A stretch of 64,000 nt of DNA, from the NCBI GenBank assembly GCA_951406725.2, contig OX597836.1, positions 31,372,001 to 31,436,000 of the forward strand. The letters run 5' to 3'. This DNA is from Octopus vulgaris (lineage: Eukaryota). A program made the position numbers and the translations under genes. Below the pieces are notes generated by a model that ran no database searches, had not been told where the DNA came from, and was given only the letters and a program-made list of their open reading frames with translations. This document shows, piece after piece, positions 1-12,980 of the stretch (positions within the stretch are counted from its first letter, which is position 1; the number at the start of each line of letters is the position of its first letter).

Positions 1-36
1 GAGAGAGCAAATAGAATTTGAGACATTATTATTACT

Positions 37-380
37 GGACGGCGAACTGACCAAAGCGGTAGAGCGTTGGCCCAAACGCTTTATGATATTTCTTACGACG
101 TTTTACGTCCCGAGTTCAAATTCCACCAAGATCAACTTTGCCCTTCCTTTTGCAGCAGCAGGTCGACAAAATAAAGTATCAGTCAAGTATTGGGTTCAGT
201 GGTATCGACTGATTCCTTCCCCTCAAAACTCCTAGCCATGTACCTAAATCAGAAACCATTGATAGTGGATTTGACAAGCTGACGCAATCGTTCGCACGCC
301 GGACAAAATGCTTAGCGGCATTTCATCCGTCTTTACGTTCTGAGTTCAAATTCCCCTGAGGTCGATGTAATCGACTTAAC
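37..380 (+). mobile_element. Two degenerate tRNA-derived SINE family A copies
   Basis: GGCGAACTG..., GTTCAAATTCC B-box and GACTTTGCC...GTCGACAAAATAAAGTATCAG match the family A copies elsewhere in the window. Confidence 0.75.
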
Positions 381-386
381 TTCTCA

Positions 387-570
387 TGGAGGCGTTTGGC
401 TTAGTGGTTAGGGGTGTTGGACTTATGATCGTAAGATTGTGGTTTCAATTCCTGGACAGGGCGAAACGTGTTCTTTAGCAAAACACTTCATTTCAAATTG
501 CTCCAGTCAACTCTGCTGGTAAAAATGAATAATCCTGCAATGGACTGAAGTCCTATCCAGGTGGGGAGGG
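387..570 (+). mobile_element. tRNA-derived SINE family C (V-SINE-like), degenerate
   Basis: TGGCTTAGTGG A-box, GGTTTCAATTCC B-box, CCTGCAATGGACTG..CCTATCCAGG; similar to 61671-61920. Confidence 0.75.
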
Positions 571-1431
571 CACACCTCATCAATTGGGAATGAAGTTGAA
601 CATTATTGATACAGTTATAATATATATATATAAATATACGATTAAATTATACATTGTATTCTCTCCCTTTAAAACAGTATTAGGTGATTAGGTTGCTATT
701 TCTAGCAAGTTCAGCAACTCGACCACATGCGGCTTGAAGAAGCAGTGTGAAAATTGATTAGTGGTTCATCATTACCTGGCAATGTAGTAGTAAGTTCTAA
801 TTCTTGTATGGATTATAGTTGGGGGGAGAGGGACAGAGAGATGAAGGGAGAGAGGGAGGGAGCGAGGGAGAAAAGAATTTGTCAAACTGACTTGTCCCAG
901 ATATACACCCAAAGAAGATGAGCCAGCAAGCGAGTCTCTCTGCCTACAAGAAATAGCAGCAAAATTTCCTCCTCAGATAATATACTCTACCATCTCGATC
1001 GATGAATGGATGGATAGATTGAAAATAAGATGGGGGTGGTGATATCTGTAACACTGTTAATCACCGATCTGCTAGATCAGGGGTGACTCGGGGCTGAACA
1101 AGTGCAATAGCATTAGATGAAACACAAGTCTCCGACAGTGCTGCTGCACCAGTACAGCAGGGTGGGGGTGGGGGTGGGGGGGGTAATACATAGAGAGAGC
1201 AGAAAACAATGAAGCCCCCTGAAGCTGAAGTAAAAAAAAAAAAAAAAAAAGGAAAAAAACCCATAATAATCTGATAAAAGAAATAAACCATTAACAATCT
1301 AATTACTCTTCTAAGTTTATACAGCAACAAAGTATGGAAACGAGGAATGATGTGGTGGTGGTGGTGGTGGTGGTATCGAAGGATTACATTCTTGGAGATG
1401 ACATAATAAGAGACTGTCTCCCTCTGCCTCC

Positions 1432-1537
1432 TCATCCGATGTCTGCTATTGAAAAAGATGCAGGCTTTGCAGAGACACAACAAAAACTGGGACACAAATT
1501 CTTCAGAAACTGGAGAATTTCTGGTGCAATGAACCAA
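1432..1537 (-). CDS. Candidate terminal exon (phase 2: WFIAPEILQFLKNLCPSFCCVSAKPASFSIADIG*); product unknown
   Basis: Non-repetitive island preceded on the minus strand by ttattttatag; no homology recognised; the phase-0 frame is also open. Confidence 0.3.
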
Positions 1538-2196
1538 CTATAAAATAATAATAATAATAATAATAATAATAATTATTATTATTATTATTATTATTATTAT
1601 CTCTATTTTGTATGCATGTACATGAGATTATGTGTGTGTGTGCATACCAGATATAAATCAATGTAAATATCTATGTTATTTACATTTAAAGTAAAGAAAC
1701 CCTTAAAAAAAAAACCCAAAAAAGCTGTGTAACTCAAGAAATGAGCTCAACTATTAAACAGATAGAAATTGATAAAATAAGTACCAGATCAAGTATTAGG
1801 GTCAATATTTTTGACTAAAACCCTTGAAACAGTAGCCCAGCATGGCCACAATCCTTGGATTGTGGATAGAAAAATATGGGAGAACAAGTGTTAATGTCTT
1901 TCTGTGTGTATATGTCCCAAAACGTTGCCTCTGCTAAGTATTTAAATATTTTTGCCCTTGTGGAAAATACAGAATTATTATTATTTTTTGAACGGTGTAT
2001 CTTGAAGCAGATAAAGCTATAAATAATAGCATGTAGATATCAGGTTAAAAACATTTGGATAGAAAAGGTTGGAGGTTGCCCATTATTATACTGAAAGTAA
2101 TTAAAGCTTTGAATTATTTTTCTGTCTTTACTGTGTAACTTTCTTTTTATTCTGACAAATTATTATTATTATTATTACTAACAATAATAATAATAA

Positions 2197-2425
2197 TATT
2201 TCTTTACTGCCCACAAGGGGCTAAACATAGAGGGGACAAACAAGGACAGACAAATGGATTAAGTCGATTGCATCGACCCCAGTGGGAAACTGGTACTTTA
2301 TTTATCGACCCCGAAAGGATGGAAGGCAAAGTCGACCTCGGCGGAATTTGAACTCAGAACGTAACGACAGACGAAATACGGCTACGCATTTCGCCTGGCG
2401 TGCTAACGTTTCTGCCAGCTCGCCA
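2197..2425 (-). mobile_element. Full-length young tRNA-derived SINE family A (MESC/Meta-like central domain)
   Basis: Reverse complement reads GGCGAGCTGGCAGAAACGTTAGC..GTTCAAATTCCGCCGAGGTCGACTTTGCCTTCCATCCTTTCGGGGTCGATAAA; aataataatat on both flanks. Confidence 0.9.
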
Positions 2426-2895
2426 ATAATAATATATTATTATTATTATTATTACTACTACTACAATTACAACTACTACGATTATTATTACCATTATTAT
2501 TATTATTATGAAAGCTATGAACTCAAAGAAGAAAAAAAAAAAGGTCAGAAGACAATATGAAGTAATGACTCCATGCTGGAAATATCTAGAATAATAGAGC
2601 TTTTTTTTTTCCCCTCACTCCTTTAAATTTTCTCCATAAACAACTCACTTTTTAATCTTAAATGAACATTCTTATTTTGGAAAGAGAGGAAAGAGAGAGA
2701 GAGAGAGCCTCTTGTGAACTTTCACTGTCTTTTCCTTGCTGTACACATTGTTTAGAATGAATGGTTCTTTTGTTGTTGTTGTTGTTATTCTAGTCTTCAG
2801 GAAATGAAAAACACTTCAGTTCTTCATATTGCTTCTCCAGAGTTTTCTAAGCTATTGCTGTATGTGTGTGTGTGTGTAAATAAATAAATATATAA

Positions 2896-3102
2896 ATGAG
2901 GGGGTGCCGAAAAGTAAAAGAAAATACAGGAGGATCAGTTAATTATGATTTCATTCAACATACTCTCCTCTCAGATTCACACACTGATTACTGTGGTCGT
3001 TCAGTTTTTCTAAGCCCTGCAAAAGAACTCAGAAGGTTGGGTCTCCAACCAGGCCTTTCATGATACTCTTAAAGTTAGGAACTTTCCAGCACTGACTCAC
3101 AT
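2896..3102. mobile_element. Tc1/mariner-type MITE, degenerate
   Basis: Imperfect TIRs GAGGGGGTGCCGAAAAGT / AGGAACTTTCCAGCACTGACTC in a TA-rich context. Confidence 0.55.
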
Positions 3103-3223
3103 ACATATATACATACATACATATATATATATATAAATATATATATGTGTGTGTGTGTATATACACACATACACACACTCATATTATATGTATATATATA
3201 TACACCCACCCACACATTCATAT

Positions 3224-3259
<36 letters not shown>

Positions 3260-3295
3260 CCACACATTCACACATATATAACATCTTTGCCAGTG

Positions 3296-3347
<52 letters not shown>

Positions 3348-3431
3348 TACAGTGAAGTTTTACTATAGCGTCATATATTATCAACTTATTTCTAGTAAAC
3401 ATAGGTGCATTGTTGTACCACTGTTCTATAT

Positions 3432-3470
<39 letters not shown>

Positions 3471-3938
3471 TTCATATACTGAAAAGACCTGTGTTAGCAA
3501 GATATTATTTGTTGAAGAATTTGGCTGCTATTTTTTGCAGGTTGAATGAACAATAGGCTTCCTCAACATTTCAATTGTGTAAAAATAACGAGAAAAAAAT
3601 ATTTAAAAATTTCCAGTAAAAAGGTGACTATTACACATTTAAAAATACTTTCAAATGAAGGGAGTGTTTGTTTATAATTGTTTTTTTTTTTTGTTGTTTT
3701 TTTTTTCTTACACTGGGTGGAGTAAAAAGGAGGGATAAAAGGAATATCTGATCTTAAATCAAGCATTATCGGCAGACAATGAACAATTATGTCGAATCAT
3801 CTTTGAAAAATGCTGCCAGGATTTTTAAAATTAAATGGAAAAAGAAAAAAAACAAAAAAGTAAAATAGTATTTAAAAAAAAAGACTCTACATGAATATAA
3901 GATTTTGGTTCAGAGAACCCCTACAATTATAAAACACA

Positions 3939-4170
3939 CATGGCTGTGTGGTAAGAAGCTTACTTTCACATGGTTCCTGGTTCAGTCCCACGGCATGGAA
4001 CCTGAGGCAAGTGTTTTCTACTATAGCCTTGGACTAACCAAAAACTTGCAAGTAGATTTGGTAAATGGAAACTGAAATAAGCCCATTGTGTGTGTGTATG
4101 TGTGTGTGTGTGAGGAGTGAGAGAGAAAGAGAGAGGTCTGTGTGTGTGTCTTCGTGTTTGTCCCCACCAC
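3939..4170 (+). mobile_element. tRNA-derived SINE family B (CORE-like), 5' part
   Basis: TGGCTGTGTGGTAAG A-box, GGTTCAGTCCC B-box, CCTGAGGCAAGTG, GATTTGGTAAATGGAAACTGAA. Confidence 0.85.
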
Positions 4171-4199
4171 TGTTGTCTGAAATAAAGGCTACAATATCT

Positions 4200-4426
4200 A
4201 TTTCTTTACTACCCACAAGGGGCTAAACACAGAGAGGAGAAACAAGGACAGACAAATGGATTAAGTCGATTATATCGACCCCAGTGCGTAACTGGTACTT
4301 ATTTAATCAACCCCGAAAGGAAGAAAGGCAAAGTCGACCTCGGTGGAATTTTAACTCAGAACGTAACGGCAGACGAAATATGGCTACGCATTTTGCCCGG
4401 CATGCTAACGTTTCTGCCAGCTCGCC
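4200..4426 (-). mobile_element. Full-length SINE family A with 12-bp TSD
   Basis: TSD gctacaatatct at 4188-4199 and 4427-4438. Confidence 0.92.
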
Positions 4427-5153
4427 GCTACAATATCTTTGACCATAGGCATATTCAATCAGAGCCGACCATTGTCAGTCTTCTTTCCTGGCGAGTTCTA
4501 AGAATCAGTAGTAACTGCCCATCCCATGTCCATATCAACACTACAGTCATTTCTTCCACAAACCTGAGTTGGCGAGTCATCTACATTCTTACATTGTTAT
4601 ACAGCCTACTACAAATAGCAACTAAAACACGCCTCAATATTGAAAGGAGAGGGACACATCAGATAATGTAGTCTCAGATGCACAATGCCCAAGAGGGCAG
4701 GGTAGTCATAACTGGAACATCTCCGGTCATAAATTACAAAAAAACCCATGTAAATTGACTAGTACTTCATTTTAACAACCCTGGAAGAATGAAAGGCAAA
4801 GTTGACCTCAGCTGGATGTGAACTCAGAAAGCGAGGAACCAGAAGAAATACTGCACGATATTTTTGTCGGACACTAATGATTCTACCAATCCAGTAATAA
4901 AGTGTTCCGAACATAGGCACAAGGCCAGCAGCAGTTGTTGCTTCTAACATAAACATCAAGCCAGAAATTTACAGAAGGAAACTGTAGATTATATCAACCC
5001 CAGTATATGACAGGTACTTTATTTTATCCAGAACATAAAAAGACCCGGCAAGTAAAGTGAGATCACAGCCGTAGCCTATACCAGTGTCGCATATCCAGCC
5101 CATTTAAAAGGAGCCTTGATCCATCAGGCGATACGCTGCAATTGACAAGACCT

Positions 5154-5292
5154 ATTAAGTCACATCGACCCCAGTGCGTAGCGTAACTGGTACTTAATTT
5201 ATCGACCCCAAAAGGATCAAAGGCAAAGTCGACCTTGGTGGAATTTGAACTTAGAACGTAATGGCAGACGAAATACGGCCACGCATTTCGCC
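5154..5292 (-). mobile_element. SINE family A fragment
   Basis: atcgaccccagtgcg..aaggcaaagtcgacc..gacgaaatacgg. Confidence 0.8.
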
Positions 5293-5316
5293 GTAGCATG
5301 TAATAAGTACCAATCA

Positions 5317-5495
5317 AGCATGGGTCAATGCCAGTGCTACCTGATTGGCTCCCTGTGCCGGTGGCATGTAAAAAACACTATCTGAATGTGGTCGATGCCA
5401 GTGCCACCTGATTGGCTCCCGTGCCAGTGGCATGTAAAAAGCACCCACTACACTCTTGGAGTGGTTGGTGTTAGGAGCCGTAGAAACCTTGCCAG
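5317..5495 (+). mobile_element. RTE LINE 3' UTR fragment
   Basis: Repeated gatgccagtgccacctgattggctccc..ggtggcatgtaaaaagcacc units, as seen downstream of the RTE ORF relic at 20640-21540. Confidence 0.7.
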
Positions 5496-5509
5496 ATGAT
5501 AACGAGTAA

Positions 5510-6100
5510 TCTCTTTCACTGGTTTCAGTCATTAGACTGCAGCCATGCTGGAGCACTGCCTTGGAAAATTCTAGTCGGAGAAATTGACCCCAGTACTTAT
5601 TTTTTTAAGCTTGGTACCTATTTGCCAAACCACCAAGTTATGGGGATGTAAATAAACCAACACCAGCTGTTAAGCAGTAGTGGGGGACAAACACACACAT
5701 GATTGGTTTTCAATTCCCATCTATCAAATCCACTTGCAAAGCTTTGGTCAGCTTGAAGCTATATATTTCTTTACCACCCACAGAGGGGACAAACAAGGAC
5801 AGACAAATGGATTAAGTTGATTACATCGACCCTAGTGTGTTACTGGTACTTAATTTATCAACCCCTGAAAGGATGAAATTTATCGACCCCGAAAGGATGA
5901 AAGGCAAAGTCGACCTCGGCGGAATTTGAACTCAGAACGTAACGGCAGACAAAATACGGCTATGCATTTCGCTCGGCGTGCTAACGTTTCTGCCAGCTCA
6001 CCACCTGCAGCTATAGCAGAAGACACTTGGCCACAGTGGGACTGAGCCTGGAACCATGTAGCCGAGATGGGAATGTTTTACCACACAGCCACATCTGCTC
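5510..6100 (-). mobile_element. SINE family B interrupted by a SINE A (about 5765-6005)
   Basis: Family B halves on both sides; agctata on both sides of the insert. Confidence 0.8.
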
Positions 6101-6622
6101 ATGATAACATAAAAAAAAAACAGAACAAAACAAGGCTGCGTTTCAGTGCTCTGACTGCCCTACACTGTTAATCTGCTGCCCTCAGAGATAAAAGATAATT
6201 GTTTCTTATCTATAACAGACAGACTAGTAGCAGTCACAGCCATGACAATAATCAGTTACAGGTGTTGTTTCACTTGCCATTTAACAGGTGTTGGGATATT
6301 ACATTTTCTGCAGACACTGTAGTAGAGAGATGTTTCAGAGAAAGTGGGGGATGGGTAAGGAAATTAGAGAAAAGATAGTTGATACTTGGGAGTTGGGGGA
6401 GATGGAAATTTATGGATACTTTACTAATGTAGGTCCTCTACCTCCTTCAAATCACCCTCACCGGAATCTTTACCAGAATATTGGCGACACAGTTAAAGTT
6501 AGTTTCAGATTGCAGCAACAAGAGATTTTCATTACACATTCACATCCGTATTGTGCTTAACACCCATCCTACCCCATATTATTATTATTATTATTTTATT
6601 ATTATTATTATCATCATTATTA

Positions 6623-6860
6623 AGGTGGTGAAATGGTAGAATCATTAGAATGCCAGATGAGATGCTGAGTGGTATATCGTCTGTCTGTCACTACATTCTG
6701 AGTTCAAATTCCACTGAGGTCGACTTCACCTTTCATCCTTCCGGGGCTGATAAAATAAGTACCAGTTGAACACTAGGGGGTGGGGTCGATGTAATTGACT
6801 TATCTACTCCACCCCCACCCCCCAAATTACTGCCCTTGTGGCAAAATTTGAAATCATTAT
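6623..6860 (+). mobile_element. SINE family A (older subtype with ATT tail)
   Basis: gagttcaaattccactgaggtcgacttcacctttcatccttccgggg. Confidence 0.85.
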
Positions 6861-7086
6861 TATGAGTATTATTATTATTATTATTATTACCAGCTAAAAT
6901 ATATTTTGACGATAGGATTTCTGGTGTCAAAAGAAAAAAAAACAAAAAGGAAAAAATAAAAAAGAAAAGGAAAAAAAGGTTTCTTCACTATCATCGCAAG
7001 CATACTTCAATGTCCTGGGACGTTTCTAAGACGACATAGTCTGCGTGACTCACTATTTTCAGGAAATACGCAATCTGCTGCGGCAT

Positions 7087-7172
7087 CTACGTCAAATACA
7101 GCAAAAATAATATAGCAGCAAACTGCGAAGAACGTGATGCGATGCGACACATTGGATCAGAAATCTTAATAG
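7087..7172 (-). CDS. Candidate terminal exon (phase 1: IKISDPMCRIASRSSQFAAILFLLYLT*)
   Basis: CpG-retaining unique island, aattcaatgcag acceptor, hydrophobic end; no homology recognised. Confidence 0.25.
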
Positions 7173-7610
7173 CTGCATTGAATTACAAACACACCACGCC
7201 AGTCAGAGAGTTTCCTCACACTTGTATCTAATTCCATCAGCATGACACTACACTTTAACACCTCACTTATCTCCCCCCTCCCCCTCCCCGACACCATAAC
7301 CATAACCACCACCACCACCACCACCACCTCATATATCCCTATATCTGTTTGATCCTTTCACACAATGTCACAGCCATCGTTTACACGTCAAGTTTACAAA
7401 ACATCAGTAGTTTGGTTGACAATAGAGGAATATTAACTTACAATATTATGTAACCTGAGAATCTCTTTCACACATAGAAACCAATTCAATTTAAACAATG
7501 TATTGTGTAACTGTAGGAAACAAAACGATTTTCCTCACTAAGATCAAAGTGTATTATTACTACTACTACTAGTATTATTATTATTATCATATTATTATTA
7601 TTATTATTAT

Positions 7611-8412
7611 GGCAGTGAGCTGGCAGAACCATTAGCACACCATGTAAAATGCTTAGCTGCATTTCTTCCGTCTTCAGGTTCTGAGTTCAAATTCCACTGA
7701 GGTCAACTTTGCCTTTCATCCTTTTGGGGTTGACAAAATAAATACCAGTTGTATACTGGAGTCGATGTAATCAGCTTACCCCCCCCCCCTGAACTTGTTG
7801 GCCATGTGCAAAAATTTAAAACCATCATTATTATTATTATTACTATCATCATCATCATCATTATTATTATTGTCATCATAAGGTGGCAATCTGGCAGAAT
7901 TGTTAGCACGCCAGGTGAACTGCTTTGGCAGTATTTCGTCTGCCACTACATTCTGAGTTCAAATTCCGCCAGGGTCGACTTTGCCTTTCATTCTTTCAGA
8001 GTTAGTTAAATAAGTACTAGTTACACACTGGGGTCGATGTAATCGACTCATTCCCTTCACCCAAATTTGAATTTGAAGCCTTGTGCTTCCAGAAGAAAGG
8101 ACTATTATTATTATTATTATCATCATCATCATCAGCATCATAAAATGCTTAATGGCATTTTGTTCATCTTTAGGTTCTGAGTTCAAATTCCCAGGATGAC
8201 TTTGCCTTTCATCCTTTCAGGGTCGATGTAATTGACATAGCTCCTCCACCAAAATTTCAAGCCTTCTGCTTACAGTAGGAAGGATTATTATTATTATTAT
8301 CATCATCATTATTAAGGCAGCAGAATTGTTACTGTGCCAGCCAAAACACTTAGTGGCATTCCTTCCGGCTTTATGTTCCCAGATCAAATTCTGCCAAGGT
8401 CAACTTTGCTTT
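7611..8412 (+). mobile_element. Cluster of four head-to-tail SINE A copies separated by (ATT/ATC)n
   Basis: Copies start near 7611, 7881, 8140 and 8314, each with a caaattc..gactttgc-type core. Confidence 0.85.
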
Positions 8413-8714
8413 GTTAATGCTGAATAGGATGACTTGCAGTATCAGCCTTGCCTTTCACCTGCATTCTAGGCTCCTGGCATTATTATAGCAACAGCATTCA
8501 AAATTTAAAAAAAATAATAAATAAAAAGATATCAAAATAATAATAAGGATAACAGGTAATGTATAGTCTAGAATATACAAAATGATTGGATGGTTGAGGC
8601 TAAAATAGCTTGGATCACCATGGCTTAGGTGAATCCAAGTTGTCCCAGGACTAAACAACAACAAGAGGTAGAACCTTCATACACCATTAACTAAACCAGC
8701 AGACATCTGAAAAC

Positions 8715-9235
<521 letters not shown>

Positions 9236-10327
9236 AGGTATTTTTTAATATGTTGGCCATTCATAGAATTTTTTTCGAAAAATTTTATCCTATATTATAT
9301 ATATATACACACATACATATATATGTATGTATGTATGTATGCATATATATATATATATATATAAAAGTGTGTGTGTATGTGTGATATATATGAGAGCTGA
9401 CAAAAAGATGACATCACTGAACAGGCTGCAGGCTCTGAATCAGTCAGTTAATTTGCATTGTTCTGATACAACAGGCAATGACTAATAAGTGTGGCGATTA
9501 TTATTGTTCTTATTATTATTTTCTCACTGGTTGAATAAGATGGGAAGTATTAGAGACAGACACGTGCAGGCACCATTAGTTGGACAGTTAACATAAAACA
9601 GATAAGTCACCCTCTACGAGACAGGCACAAGGCCCGAAACTTTGGGGGTGGGAGCTGGTCGATTACACCTTGCCAGTACCCATGTGGTACTTATATTATT
9701 AACCTTGAAAGGATGGAAGTTAGAATCAACCTCAACAGCATCTGAACTCAGAACAAAACCTTGAAGAAATGTTGTTAAATATTTCGTCTGGTGCAGAAGT
9801 GATTCTACCAGTCAACTATCCTACAGTAGCATATAATACCATAAGTTATAAGAGGTTAGATGGTTCAATACCCAGGCAAATAATAGATTGTGTCACATGT
9901 GTGTGTGAGGTCCTAAAACCAAGGTGCCACATAAAAAAGCATTGGTGTGGGTGCTGGTGCCATGCAAAAAGCACTCAGTACATTCTGAATAGTGGTCGGT
10001 GTTAGGAAAGGGCATCCAGACATAGAAACCAAGCTAAAACAGATTATGGAACATTGTGTGACCCCAGGCCTTGCCAGTTCTCATTGGTTTTTTTATTATT
10101 AGACAATGCTGAGTTGAGGTACATTGTTACTGTAGTAGTCTAACTGCAGGTTGGTCCTCCCTGATTGAAGAAAGCACTCTCAGCATGACCAACCCATGTT
10201 TTTTTTTATATTGGAGAGTTATGTTACTAAATGTATCCTTCTGCTTTCTAAAGCAGTCAGGTGTGATTTTGGAGAAATGTGGCTGCACTTTCTAGCAGGC
10301 TGAATGACTGCAGCAAAAGAAGCCCCA

Positions 10328-10469
10328 TCATTTGTTTGAGTTTAAGTTAAGGTTGCTTTGTGGTGGAGAAGGAATGTATATTTTGTACCAAAAAGCAAGT
10401 AGCAGTGCCCATAGCCAGAATAATCCTTTCCCACAGACAGAAGAGGCTGACGAACTGAGTGATGTCTCT
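10328..10469 (-). CDS. Candidate terminal exon (phase 2: ETSLSSSASSVCGKGLFWLWALLLAFWYKIYIPSPPQSNLNLNSNK*)
   Basis: About 40-nt polypyrimidine tract ending gttctcag; Ser-rich spacer then hydrophobic stretch; all three frames are open for 40 codons or more, so the frame is uncertain. Confidence 0.35.
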
Positions 10470-10527
10470 CTGAGAACAACAGAGGCGAGGAATAAGGAGG
10501 ATGAAGAAGGATTAGAAGTTTTCAATG

Positions 10528-10670
10528 GTGCAGGCATGGCAGTGTGGTAAGAAGTTTACTTCCCAACCTCATGGTACTGGTTTCAGTCCCACTATGTAGC
10601 ACCTTGGGCAAGCCAACCAAAGCCCTTGTTGAGTGGATTTGGTAGATGGAAACTGACAAAAGCCCGTTTA

Positions 10671-10714
<44 letters not shown>

Positions 10715-11045
10715 AAATCAAAGGTACAAAAATAACGTTCAAAGGGTAAGGTAATCCAGTGTAGGGAAAATCCAAGAATTGGGTATTCTCAATCATCATC
10801 AGGATATAGAAGATCCGTATGACCATGCAATAAAGGGAAAATCAAAAATAAAAGCACACACACACACACGTGTTGGTTTGTTTACAACCCCATGACTTAG
10901 TGGTTCAGCAATACAGATCCAATAGAATTATCACCAGGCTTTAAAAAAAAGGTGTTGGGGTTGATTCATTCAATTAAAAACAATTCCTTCAATGTGGTGC
11001 TCCAGCATGGCTCGACTCTAATGACGGAAATACGTCAAAGATAAA
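10528..11045 (+). mobile_element. SINE family B, degenerate, with an insert in its internal microsatellite
   Basis: Head ggtgcaggcatggcagtgtggtaag; tail ggtgctccagcatggc. Confidence 0.8.
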
Positions 11046-11208
11046 TGGTGATGATGGGAGAGGGGATGGCAAAAAAAGACAAACAAGAAAATCAGGCGGG
11101 TTGCTACAGAGTTAGTAATTCAGTCCAATAATAACTGGAAAGATGAGTCAACCCTGGATTTGAACTCACAAATGGACATAACTAAATACTGCAAGGTATT
11201 TTGTTTCT

Positions 11209-11437
11209 TATTTCTTTATTACTCACAAGTGGCTAAACACAGAGGGGACAAACAAGGACAGACAAATGGATTTAAGTCAATTATATTGACCCCAGTGTGT
11301 AACTGGTACTTAGTTTATCGACCCCGAAAGGATGAATGGCAAAGTCGACCTCGGTGGAATTTGAACTCAGAACGCAGCGGGGGACGAAATACCACAAAGC
11401 ATTTCGTCCAGCATGCTAACGTTTCTGCCAGCTCGCC
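11209..11437 (-). mobile_element. SINE family A, full-length
   Basis: Matches 2197-2425. Confidence 0.9.
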
Positions 11438-11604
11438 GGCTTTCTATCACCCAACACCTTTTATACTTGACTTATCCATCATTCCATGCTTTTCGCATTG
11501 CAAGCCGGCAGGGCTTGCTCTGAGCATTCTAAGCCACAGAAGAATCACTAAATTAATACAGGCATAATAGGTAAAAATTTTAGTGAATAAGAATAGTGTC
11601 TTAC

Positions 11605-11638
11605 CTCTGCAAAGGATGCAGAAGGAATGTCAGTTAAT
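11605..11638 (-). other. Candidate internal micro-exon (34 nt, LTDIPSASFAE) with strong donor
   Basis: atatcag|ATTAAC...GCAGAG|gtaaga on the minus strand. Confidence 0.35.
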
Positions 11639-12195
11639 CTGATATCATGATTTTGAGTTTAGCACCAAAGGCACTGGATTCTGTCACACACACATACACA
11701 CATATGATGGCCTTCTTTCAGTTTCTGTTTAACAAATCCATTCACAAGGCTTTGGTGAAGCTATAATAGAAGACACTTGGCTAAGGTGCCTGTCATACAG
11801 TGGGACTGAATCCAACACCACACAGTTGGGAAGCAAGCCTTTTTTTTTTTTCTTACCTACACACTGATGCCTGCATCCGTAGTGTAATAATGATTTCAAA
11901 CATCAGCAAAACACCAGACATTTTGAGGAGGAAAAAGATTAACAGCATCAGGCTCAGTGCTTAACGAGTACTTTACTTCATTAACTCACAGGAAAATGAA
12001 CTGTAAAACAAATTGTGGCAGGGATTAGTAATAAATTAATTATTCCTAATATAAAAACAAAGCAACAAATTATGGTGGGCAGGGTAGTTCAGTTAATTAC
12101 ATTGACTCCTGTACTTGACTAGTACATTGTGTAATTAACTTCAGAAGGATGTGCGTTAAAATTGCTTGTCACGGGATTTCCAATAAACTGATTAA

Positions 12196-12980
12196 GATGC
12201 AGGCATGGCTGTGTGGTAAAAGAAGCTTGCTTTCCAACCACATGGTTCTAGGTTCAGTCTCACTGCATGTTGTTCCTTCTCGAGCAATGCCTGGCTCATT
12301 AGGGCTGGTTTCCCAGTTTCCTTGGCGTATAGGTTCCCCACCTGGACAGGACGCCGGTCTGTCGCAGGTGAGCTGCAAGACACAGGAGCAAAAAGTGAGA
12401 GAAAGTTGTGGCAAAACAGTCAGCAGAAGTTCGCCATTACGTTCTGCCGGAGCCACATGGAGCTTAGGTGTTTCGCTCATAAACACACACATCGCCCGGT
12501 CTGAGATTTGAACCCGCGATCCCTCGACCGCGAGTCCGCTGCTCTAACCACTAGGCCATGTGCCTCCACAGTCTCACTGCATGGCACCACGGGCAGGTGT
12601 CTTCTATTTCAGCCCCAGGCGAACCAAAATCTTGTAAGTGGATTTGGTAGATGAAAACTGAAAGAAACACATCAGATCGTGTGTTTGTGTGTGTGTGTGT
12701 GCATGTTTGTGTGTATGCATGTGGGTGTGTATGTGTGCATGCACACATGTGTTAGTGTCTCTTTGTCTTGACATTGCATCATAGTTCTAAATGATTGTCC
12801 CTGCACTACATGCAGTGTTATTCATCTCAATATTTTGAGAGGGCATGTCTTGCCATGGGGAAATATTACCTTGCTTGAAAACAAGTGAAGGTTGGTGACT
12901 GGAAACGCATCTGTAAAAAATCCACTTTAATAAACTCTGACTCACACAAGCATGGAAAAGTGAACATTAAAATAACGACA
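12196..12980 (+). mobile_element. SINE family B host interrupted by a SINE C
   Basis: Head before 12269 resumes at 12584 with gcaccacgggcaggtgtcttc. Confidence 0.85.
12270..12568 (-). mobile_element. Young full-length tRNA-derived SINE (family C-related) with 15-bp TSD
   Basis: Reverse complement has TGGCCTAGTGG A-box and GGTTCAAATC B-box; TSD cagtctcactgcatg at 12255-12269 and 12569-12583. Confidence 0.92.

Noticed and set aside
776-796. Minus-strand 21-nt exon TYYYIA resembling ephrin
   Set aside because: Too short, weak acceptor and no other ephrin exons found
6288-6560. 90-aa plus-strand ORF with splice-like sites
   Set aside because: No recognisable domain; includes the tcaaatcaccct motif of a dispersed old repeat
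12495-12568. tRNA gene
   Set aside because: tRNA-like head continues into a SINE body bounded by a TSD; the same applies to 46890 and 61671
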